This document shows positions 1 through 6,824 of a DNA stretch of 42,101 bases, one piece after another. The DNA is from Candidatus Poseidoniaceae archaeon (GTDB lineage: Archaea; Thermoplasmatota; Poseidoniia; Poseidoniales; Poseidoniaceae). The first letter of the stretch is position 1. Each line of letters begins with the position of its first letter. Under the pieces are notes generated by a model that did no database searches, was not told the DNA's origin, and saw only the letters and a list, made by a program, of their open reading frames with translations. The position numbers were made by a program, and so were the translations under genes. The stretch lies in the NCBI GenBank assembly GCA_029250305.1, contig JAQXFM010000293.1, forward strand, positions 1 through 42,101, given 5' to 3'.

Positions 1-1115
1 CCTTTGAGCACGCCACCTTGATTGAGAGCGAGCACTGCTGCAAGTGGAGGAAGCAAATCATTGGCATCTCTGAGCTCCAAGTCAACTGGTCCCTTCGCGT
101 CGATGTTTCTGAGAATGGAACTGTCCCACTCGATGCCAAGCGCACTAGCCTTCTCATGTAGCACTTCGTGGCCGATGGCATCTTCTGCATTTGGCCAGCC
201 AACTAACTCCACTGGACGACCAAGGACAGTACAGGCCAAGAGAGAAAAGGCCGCCATTGAAGCATCCCCGGGGATCGAATACCGCTCGATTTGGTTCAGA
301 GATGATGGTTTGAGGGAAAGCCCTCCTGATTCAGTCGAGGCTTGGCCACCGAACATGCCGAGCAGTCGGAGGCTGAGTTGTGCATGACGGGAAGAGACGG
401 CCTCGCCTTCAAGTCTAAGATTGACTTCGCAGGGAAGTCCAGGCGCTGCCAGAATCCACGAAGACATCGGTTGACTTGAGCGGCTAATATCGAGTGAAAT
501 TCCATTGCCAAGGCGTTCCGCATCCATCGGCCCGTCAATGAGGGCAGGAAGGCGCTCTTCACCCATTCCAACCGACACCTCGGCACCGCCTTGTTCGAGG
601 GTGCCCCAAAGTTCCGCAGATGAACGCTTTCGAAGCGATCCATCGCCATCGAGCATGACTGGACCTCCAATCATGGCAGCGTGAGTTCCTAGCAGACGAA
701 GGGTTGTGCCAGAGTTGCCAGCATTGAGAACGGTTGCTGGGCGCTTGAAACCGGACGGCCCTGCCCCGTGAACCACCCATTTCACCGCATCCGGATGGTG
801 TTCAAAATGAACAGGGTTCACTTGCGTGAGGCGCTGTCCATCGGTGTCGTAGTCTTCAATGGAAACACCGAGTTGTTGGAGACAGCGGCGCATGGCCCGT
901 GCGTCCTCGCCTGCATGTCGTACATTGAGAAGTTCCACTGGTTGAGAGGATTGGGCAGACAAGAGAAGGGCACGAATGAGATGGCTTTTCGATGGAGGAA
1001 GCGCCCAGTGAATCGGGTCGAGTGAGGCACTTGGAGTCACTCGTAAGGCATGAACATCGTTGCGGCGATGACCCTTACCGCTTGAGGTCCAGCGCTTTGA
1101 CCAACGCTTGCCCAT
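1..1115 (-). CDS. aroA: 3-phosphoshikimate 1-carboxyvinyltransferase (EPSP synthase); the C-terminal part lies beyond the left edge
   Basis: Not in the ORF track because it has no stop inside the window. Hand translation of the minus strand (codons occupying 3k..3k+2) is open from nt 3 to the ATG at 1115-1113. It reads ALPPSKSHLIRALLLSA, VLNAGNSGTTLRLLG, YSIPGDASMAAFSLLA and DLLPPLAAVLALNQGGVLK, which are EPSP synthase signature blocks. The start is uncertain (ATG 1115 or GTG 1040). Confidence 0.85.
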   Translation of the reverse strand, partial: MGKRWSKRWTSSGKGHRRNDVHALRVTPSASLDPIHWALPPSKSHLIRALLLSAQSSQPVELLNVRHAGEDARAMRRCLQQLGVSIEDYDTDGQRLTQVNPVHFEHHPDAVKWVVHGAGPSGFKRPATVLNAGNSGTTLRLLGTHAAMIGGPVMLDGDGSLRKRSSAELWGTLEQGGAEVSVGMGEERLPALIDGPMDAERLGNGISLDISRSSQPMSSWILAAPGLPCEVNLRLEGEAVSSRHAQLSLRLLGMFGGQASTESGGLSLKPSSLNQIERYSIPGDASMAAFSLLACTVLGRPVELVGWPNAEDAIGHEVLHEKASALGIEWDSSILRNIDAKGPVDLELRDANDLLPPLAAVLALNQGGVLK

Positions 1116-1158
1116 GCATTGCCCAGCCTCCCTTTGCCCATCAACCCTTGCAACACAG

Positions 1159-1165
1159 CATAAAG
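1159..1165 (+). promoter_or_regulatory. Candidate TATA-like box (CATAAAG) for moaA
   Basis: It lies about 28 nt upstream of ATG 1189 in the 73-nt aroA-moaA divergent spacer. This fits a leaderless or short-leader archaeal promoter. Confidence 0.3.
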
Positions 1166-1188
1166 ACCGAGAAGCAACAGCGCAGGCC

Positions 1189-2193
1189 ATGGCCCACCTT
1201 GATGCGCTGCACCGTCCTTTGCTGGACCTGCGCATCTCTGTGACCGACCGCTGCAATTTCCGGTGTCGATATTGCATGCCGAGGGAGCACTTTGGAGCAG
1301 ATCATGTGTTCCTAAACAAAACGGACATTTTGACCTACGAGGAGATCACCAGCATAGCCTCCTCAATGCGCCCACTTGGCCTCCGAAAAATACGAATCAC
1401 TGGTGGCGAACCACTCATCCGCAAGGACATTGCCCTTTTGATTGGGATGTTGAGAGCGCTCGATTCGCAACTGGATTTAGCCCTCACCACGAACGGTATT
1501 CTCCTTGCTAAACACGCTAAGACACTCAAAGAAGCGGGTCTCAACCGAGTGACGGTGAGTCTTGATGCATTGGATGAGGACATGTTCAAAGCCATGGGTG
1601 ACACAGACCACTCCCCGAAAGAAGTCATCATGGGAATCGATGCGGCACTGAGCGTGGGCCTTGGAGTCAAAGTGAACATGGTGGTCCAACGAAACGTCAA
1701 CGAAGACCAAGTCGGTGCAATTGCAAACATGGCTCATGAACGAAATCTGGTCCCACGCTACATCGAATTCATGGATGTAGGCACCACAAACCAATGGAAC
1801 ATGGAGTCTGTTGTTTCCGGTGAAGAAATACGCCAACTAGTGTCGAACTCAATCGGTCCGTTAGAGCCGGTTGACCCACATCACCCTTCTGATGTGGCGA
1901 AACGCTGGGAGACAGAAAACGGGCAACAGGTCGGAATGATTCAATCTGTCACCGCACCATTTTGCGGGGATTGTTCAAGGGCACGGATTTCTGCAAACGG
2001 CTCACTCTACACGTGCTTGTTCGCTACAAACGGCAATGATCTGCGATCAATGATTCGCCTTGGAGCTGAAAAAGTCGATCTTACTTCGGCCATCAAAGCA
2101 ATCTGGACAAAGCGCAAAGACCGATATTCCGAGCAACGCAACGAACATGACCAACCTGTCTCAAAGATTGAGATGTCGTTCATTGGTGGATGA
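1189..2193 (+). CDS. moaA: GTP 3',8-cyclase (molybdenum cofactor biosynthesis protein A, radical SAM)
   Basis: Has the radical-SAM cluster CNFRCRYCMP, a GGEPL block, a C-terminal second cluster CGDCSRARISANGSLYTC and the terminal GG typical of MoaA. ATG 1189 is preferred to TTG 1108, which would overlap the aroA start. A TATA-like CATAAAG sits at 1159-1165. Confidence 0.85.
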   Translation: MAHLDALHRPLLDLRISVTDRCNFRCRYCMPREHFGADHVFLNKTDILTYEEITSIASSMRPLGLRKIRITGGEPLIRKDIALLIGMLRALDSQLDLALTTNGILLAKHAKTLKEAGLNRVTVSLDALDEDMFKAMGDTDHSPKEVIMGIDAALSVGLGVKVNMVVQRNVNEDQVGAIANMAHERNLVPRYIEFMDVGTTNQWNMESVVSGEEIRQLVSNSIGPLEPVDPHHPSDVAKRWETENGQQVGMIQSVTAPFCGDCSRARISANGSLYTCLFATNGNDLRSMIRLGAEKVDLTSAIKAIWTKRKDRYSEQRNEHDQPVSKIEMSFIGG

Positions 2194-2206
2194 TTAAACA
2201 TCCATC
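2185..2206. terminator. Hairpin spanning the abutting stop codons of convergent moaA and the pilin gene
   Basis: GGTGGATG (2185-2192), loop ATTAAA, CATCCATC (2199-2206). This gives an 8-bp stem with one G-T pair. The moaA TGA is at 2191-2193 and the pilin TAA complement at 2194-2196. Confidence 0.3.
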
Positions 2207-2691
2207 GGCGGCAACATTACATTGACCAACACGCTTTGGGAGTTAGTATCTACTAACTTGAAGCGCCAAGTACCTGAATCAGAACCAATCGTCGTTGAAT
2301 CTATGACAAAATAATCACCCTGGCTAACAGAGTATCCAGCATCACGATCGTGGAAAGAGACATTTGCGCCAATCAGACCATAGACGTCGGCATCAGCAAC
2401 TTTGCCTCCAAGAGGATTGCCATCAGCCGAAGAATCGGGGGCGAGGTTCCACTGCAATTTTGCAGGGTCGATTGTTTGGTCAAGACTTGTGAGACGAACA
2501 ACATGGAAGCCGTTCGACAGACCGCGAACGCTTACCGTAGCCTGAGGTGCGCTTTTTTCGGTGGTTGTAAGAGCACCTTGCATCAAAACGAAAACCATGC
2601 TGGAAAGCATGACGGTGATTGCGAGCAACAAAACGGTCGCAATGACGGGGCTCACGGCCTCGTTATTTTCCGCCCGTCGCATGCTGCGCAT
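2194..2691 (-). CDS. Archaeal type IV pilin-like protein (class III signal peptide)
   Basis: The N-terminus MRSMRRAENNEAVSPVIATVLLLAITVMLSSMVF has a short charged leader and then the hydrophobic SPVIATVLL..AITV helix typical of archaeal pilin N-terminal domains. It is followed by a secreted domain of about 130 aa rich in Ser, Thr, Asp and Val. Confidence 0.75.
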   Translation of the reverse strand: MRSMRRAENNEAVSPVIATVLLLAITVMLSSMVFVLMQGALTTTEKSAPQATVSVRGLSNGFHVVRLTSLDQTIDPAKLQWNLAPDSSADGNPLGGKVADADVYGLIGANVSFHDRDAGYSVSQGDYFVIDSTTIGSDSGTWRFKLVDTNSQSVLVNVMLPPMDV

Positions 2692-2765
2692 GGTGGACCT
2701 GTGTCAACGATGGGACTTGAACCAACCGATGGCATCATTGGGATTTGCGCAGTTTTCTGCAACAC

Positions 2766-3911
2766 TCAGAACAGCCAAACGGGTTTGTCGCATTCCATCG
2801 CCCGTTTGATGCCTCCAATTGGCCCAAGAATTCGAAGGATTCCTTCTGTGATGAGGTCGCCCTTGAAGAAAGCATAACCGAAATTCTTGGTCCTCAAGGA
2901 ATTCTTTAGGGCTCGTCCGAGCGATGCCCGAAGCCTGTCTTCATAGGCAGTCAACGGCGCCCCCGTGCTCAAGTGGTCGAGGATGGCTTCCGCTGCGAAG
3001 CACCCCGATATGATGGCTTGAGAAATACCGCCGCCATTGCTCGGCATAACCAAACCTGCTGCATCCCCAATAGCGAGGGTTGTACCATCGACCATCGTCT
3101 TGACTGGACCACCCATTGGGATCCAACCACCACCCCACGAGAGAACTTCGAAACCCAACTCGTCGCAGAAAGCTTGCAAATGTTCCTTGAGGTTGCCCTT
3201 CAGGTAGCCTGCTCGAACACCCAAGCCAACGTTGGCTGTATTCGGGCCCTTCGGAATAATCCACGCATAGCCTGATGGGGCGACTGAACCGAGGAACACA
3301 TCGAATGTTTCCGGGACATCCCCTTGAACTTGGGCGTACATTGTTGGGACTTGGTCCTTAGGTCTATAGCGCTCATCATCTCCGTGCCGGAGTCGCCCCA
3401 CATGGGCTAATGAGCCACTGGCATCAATGAGAAAATCAAACGTATAGCGTCCCTTTGTCGTCACAAGCACATCCCTGTTGGATTTGCTTTGGTGTTGGAT
3501 CCGTGTCATTGATTCATCCATCTGAACTTCTGCACCCGCATGAATGGCTTTGTCACACAGGTATCCATCAAAATGCAAACGGTGGCCTGCGAAAGCGTCG
3601 AGGTCGAAATGGAAGGCTTTTCCGGATGGAAGAAAAACCCTCATGTTATCCAGATTATGCAGTTTGAGGCGGTCGGGGAATTGAAAGTAGTCATACAACC
3701 ATGTGTGATCGTCGAGGTTCGAAAAGGTCCCGACGACTTCGCCCCAGTTAGGGATACATTCACCGCACTGTGCTGGATTTCCAACAATGGAACGCCGTTC
3801 AATCATCAGCACATCAATACCATCTTCGGCCAAACGTTGCGCACACGCAGCGCCCGCAGGCCCTGCTCCAACGATGATGACTTGTCGATGTTTGATTTCC
3901 TTTCGAGCCAT
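2766..3911 (-). CDS. Geranylgeranyl reductase family flavoprotein (digeranylgeranylglycerophospholipid reductase-like)
   Basis: Has the N-terminal FAD Rossmann motif VIIVGAGPAGAACAQRLAEDG, a later GDAAG block (AIGDAAGLVMP) and a length of 381 aa. It lies adjacent to a prenyl diphosphate synthase gene. Confidence 0.8.
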   Translation of the reverse strand: MARKEIKHRQVIIVGAGPAGAACAQRLAEDGIDVLMIERRSIVGNPAQCGECIPNWGEVVGTFSNLDDHTWLYDYFQFPDRLKLHNLDNMRVFLPSGKAFHFDLDAFAGHRLHFDGYLCDKAIHAGAEVQMDESMTRIQHQSKSNRDVLVTTKGRYTFDFLIDASGSLAHVGRLRHGDDERYRPKDQVPTMYAQVQGDVPETFDVFLGSVAPSGYAWIIPKGPNTANVGLGVRAGYLKGNLKEHLQAFCDELGFEVLSWGGGWIPMGGPVKTMVDGTTLAIGDAAGLVMPSNGGGISQAIISGCFAAEAILDHLSTGAPLTAYEDRLRASLGRALKNSLRTKNFGYAFFKGDLITEGILRILGPIGGIKRAMECDKPVWLF

Positions 3912-3920
3912 AAGATGACC

Positions 3921-4862
3921 TCACGTATGTCGCGCCATTACATACCCCGTGATATGGAGCATCAGGCTCTTGGCTTGACTTTCGGGGAAAGCGTCCAATT
4001 CCAAAACGGCTCGCTCAAGGTGGGTTTTGACAAGGATTTCAGCGTAACTCAAACTGTCTGATCGGTCCAAAAGTTGCATAAGTTCATCGAAGTGTTCATC
4101 GCTGAATGATTCAATCAAAGTTGCCAGTCGCTGCCTTTCCTTTCCGTGAGAAAGGGTCAACGCATGAATCAGTGGAAGGGTCATTTTCCCTTCAAGGACA
4201 TCTGCACCACGTGGCTTGCCCATTCGTTCATCGCCCCTCAAATCTAACAGGTCGTCGACAAGTTGGAAGGCAATACCGAGTTCCATACCAAACCGACCAA
4301 GCCCTGCCGCTTGTTCATCGCTCAGTCCAGCAACAAGACCAGCTGCTTGGCAACCGGCTGCAAAGGGACCAGCCGTCTTACCTCGAACGATGGCGAGGTA
4401 ATCCTCTGGCGAGGTCGCCAAGTTGAGAACGTGATCGAGTTGGTGGAATTCAGCGACGGCAATGTCAGCACAACATTTCGCCATGAGGCGAACGATGTGT
4501 TCATCGTAGCGGCCACCAAGACCGAAACCTTGGACGAACAACCAGTCTCCTGCGATGACAGCTTTTGCGAGACCGGCTCTTGTGTGGATGGTCTCAACCC
4601 CTCGGCGCAACCCCGCCTCGTCATTGATATCATCATGGACGAGCGTGGCTGTGTGAATCATTTCGAAGGCCAAGGCCAATGGCATGACTTCCTCGGTATC
4701 TTGGCCACCTGCAATTTCATGAGCCAGCAAAATGAGCAGAGGTCGCAGGCGTTTCCCACCTGCCAAGAGCATCGACGCACACAGTTCAGCCACCTGACCG
4801 GCACCCTGTTCAATCTCGTCTTCAACAAGTGCTTCGAGGGCTGCGTCAACATGGAGACGCAT
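3921..4862 (-). CDS. idsA: Polyprenyl (geranylgeranyl) diphosphate synthase
   Basis: Contains GGKRLRP, the first Asp-rich motif LVHDDINDE and the second Asp-rich motif FQLVDDLLD. The ORF-track start at 5096 adds about 78 implausible residues and overlaps the divergent gene. ATG 4862 (MRLHVDAALE) is preferred, but in-frame GTG/TTG starts just upstream are possible. Confidence 0.85.
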   Translation of the reverse strand: MRLHVDAALEALVEDEIEQGAGQVAELCASMLLAGGKRLRPLLILLAHEIAGGQDTEEVMPLALAFEMIHTATLVHDDINDEAGLRRGVETIHTRAGLAKAVIAGDWLFVQGFGLGGRYDEHIVRLMAKCCADIAVAEFHQLDHVLNLATSPEDYLAIVRGKTAGPFAAGCQAAGLVAGLSDEQAAGLGRFGMELGIAFQLVDDLLDLRGDERMGKPRGADVLEGKMTLPLIHALTLSHGKERQRLATLIESFSDEHFDELMQLLDRSDSLSYAEILVKTHLERAVLELDAFPESQAKSLMLHITGYVMARHT

Positions 4863-4983
4863 CACTTCGAGTTGGTCACTTGCTTCCAAACCAATGTTCG
4901 CCACGATGCTGCCTACAACGGTGCCCTTCTTAACCGGTAGTCTCCGCCCTTGTAATGTGAGGAGCAATCCTCGCCGAGGTGAG

Positions 4984-6105
4984 ATGATGACAGAAAAGGT
5001 ACGCCTTGAGGTCCTCACCACACCGTCAAACAGGGACGGAGTGCGTCGACAGATTGAGAAAACAATCGAAACAAACCGCAATAAATTCGACTTCATTATG
5101 AAGCAAGTTCCTCACATGGAAAGTGCAATTGAGGCCCTCAAAGACGGCCATGGTGACTTCCTTGCGATGAGCGCCCATCAATGGAAGAATTTAGACCACG
5201 AAGGCTTGAAAATTATTGGCGTCCTTCCACGCAGGGAACCCACCTGGGTCATTGTCTCTGAAGACAAACCAGAATATCTTCAATCCAAAGCCGTCGTCGT
5301 GTGTGATCACATGCTGCTACGCCGTCAGATGAGGCGGTTGCGTGCAGATTTGAAACTCATGACCTCCCAAGCCTTTGCAGATTCGATCGGAAAGGGAGAA
5401 GCGTTTGCAACCATGGATGAAGAAGACCGTGTGCCATGGCTGGAAGAGCTTCGTCAAGACGGCGCATTGGATGGTTACATCGTGGACCGTGGCGAGCATG
5501 GAGCCCTTAGATACAAGGCACGAAGGCACACACTTGGCCTCCAACGTGACAACCCTGAACGAACCCATTTTGTCCCACCGCCATTGCACGGATTTACCCT
5601 TCTTGTTGCACGAAACGGATTCCCGAGCGCGACAGTACAACCGATGTGCGATAACGGCGCTTACATCGCCCACAGAATGGAAGTTGCCTTCCTCGCTTCG
5701 ATTCCGGAAGAGCTGCACTCAATCATAGGGATTTTCGTGGAGCAACGCAAGGTCGCAGCCATCCTTCGAGAAGCGAACAGGTCCAAGGACGAACACACCC
5801 TCGAGAGTGTGCTTGGCGTTGATAATCGAATCAAGGTTGCTGGGCCAAGGTTGGAGATGAGGATTGAAACCCTCAATCATCATGGAACGGTAACGGCAGG
5901 TGCTGAACGGGTCTGTCCTGTTGAAGAAAGTCACATGGGCATGGTATCTGTGCTTAGAGAATTTCAAATCCTCCTCGATCTCATGCAAACTGAACATGAA
6001 GAGATTCCAAGATTGCATATTGGCCTTCCGGAAGAATTCAGCGATGCAAGACCTGCACTGCTGGACCTCACCGAAGATCACTCTGATTCATCAGAAGAAG
6101 AGTGA
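4984..6105 (+). CDS. Porphobilinogen deaminase (HemC)-fold protein, divergent and probably non-catalytic
   Basis: By-eye block alignment to HemC: VRLEVLTTPS ~ LRIATRQSPL; ALKDGHGDFLAMSAHQ ~ ALLENRADIAVHSMKD; GVLPRREPTWVIVS ~ TICEREDPRDAFVS; AVVVCDHMLLRRQMRRLRADLKL ~ [23 protein letters not shown]. The aligned catalytic Asp, the GTSS block and the cofactor Cys (GGCQVP) are not conserved. Tandem ATGs at 4984/4987 are preferred to 4894. Confidence 0.5.
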   Translation: MMTEKVRLEVLTTPSNRDGVRRQIEKTIETNRNKFDFIMKQVPHMESAIEALKDGHGDFLAMSAHQWKNLDHEGLKIIGVLPRREPTWVIVSEDKPEYLQSKAVVVCDHMLLRRQMRRLRADLKLMTSQAFADSIGKGEAFATMDEEDRVPWLEELRQDGALDGYIVDRGEHGALRYKARRHTLGLQRDNPERTHFVPPPLHGFTLLVARNGFPSATVQPMCDNGAYIAHRMEVAFLASIPEELHSIIGIFVEQRKVAAILREANRSKDEHTLESVLGVDNRIKVAGPRLEMRIETLNHHGTVTAGAERVCPVEESHMGMVSVLREFQILLDLMQTEHEEIPRLHIGLPEEFSDARPALLDLTEDHSDSSEEE

Positions 6106-6662
6106 GCGTCACCGAGTAAGACGCTGTATCCTTGACTGGCAATGTACGTTTCAAGTTCAACCATTTCTGCGGGCTGATTGTCTTGACAAAGTTCCATAAT
6201 CGCATCATCGATTTCTCGACCATGGCGCTCCCATGTGCCGGCGGAGCGTTGCAAATCCGAAGCAAAGCGTTCCACCACTTCAACGGCTGAAAGGGTTGGA
6301 TTGAGGACGGTGCCGAGCGAAGCGACAACCTTACTGTTTGTTGCGCGTAACTTTCCAAGTTTATTGGAAAGAGAAATCAGGGTTGATCGCAGTTCTTCGA
6401 CATCATTAGACTTTGAAAATTTCCGTTGTGCACGGTCTAAATCTTTCCGCATGACACCCACACCTGCGATGATAGCCACTTTGGCCTTTGCTGATTCGAG
6501 GATGACATCTTCGGCCATGTCAAGCCTTGAGGAAAGTGCTTCCTCAAAACCGGACCGTTGCTTTCGGAGATCTGCTTGAATCATTTCCTTCAACGAAGCA
6601 ACCATCTCATGAGCGTCCCTCAGGCCTGCTTTCGTTGCCTTGACCGTCTTGCCCATAGACAC
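6078..6662 (-). CDS. Hypothetical alpha-helical (coiled-coil-like) protein with a Ser/acidic tail
   Basis: 194-aa ORF with balanced, helix-prone composition (KEMIQADLRKQRSGFEEAL, LISLSNKLGKLRATNSK). The antisense ORF 6235..6579 is Ser/Arg-rich and looks like a shadow. I recognise no family. Confidence 0.6.
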   Translation of the reverse strand: MSMGKTVKATKAGLRDAHEMVASLKEMIQADLRKQRSGFEEALSSRLDMAEDVILESAKAKVAIIAGVGVMRKDLDRAQRKFSKSNDVEELRSTLISLSNKLGKLRATNSKVVASLGTVLNPTLSAVEVVERFASDLQRSAGTWERHGREIDDAIMELCQDNQPAEMVELETYIASQGYSVLLGDAHSSSDESE

Positions 6663-6824
6663 CCATTTGGTCGACGGGTATTGAAACCATTGCCTATCAT
6701 TAAATTCGTATTTGGTTTTACTCTTGAAGATGAATCATCCATCGAGGAAACGGCAATTTGGCCATCGCATCACGGCGAAGGCAGATATACCCCTTTGAGC
6801 CGAAACACAAAGGAAGGTGCTGTG

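Noticed and set aside
22-1030. Seven short ORFs in the track (22..387+, 296..670-, 559..780-, 768..1025+, 818..1030- and others) covering the left end
   Set aside because: All are out-of-frame or antisense shadows of the edge-truncated aroA gene, which reads open through the whole region in another minus-strand frame and carries EPSP synthase motifs.
2194-2691. Pilin-like gene as an archaellin (flagellin)
   Set aside because: It is too short at 165 aa, I see no archaellin core, and no arlC/D/E/F/G/H accessory genes are in the window. The nearby motor lacks the KaiC-like ArlH partner.
4263-4940. 225-aa plus-strand ORF, and the 5096 N-terminal extension of the prenyl synthase ORF
   Set aside because: The plus ORF is antisense to idsA (DDxxD motifs). 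The 78-residue extension to 5096 is Arg/Ser-rich, overlaps the divergent HemC-like gene and is not needed for a full-length synthase.
6078-6662. The helical 194-aa protein as an ESCRT-III/PspA-like membrane-remodelling protein
   Set aside because: Only its size, helical composition and acidic C-terminus fit. I recognise no diagnostic motif, so it is left as hypothetical.
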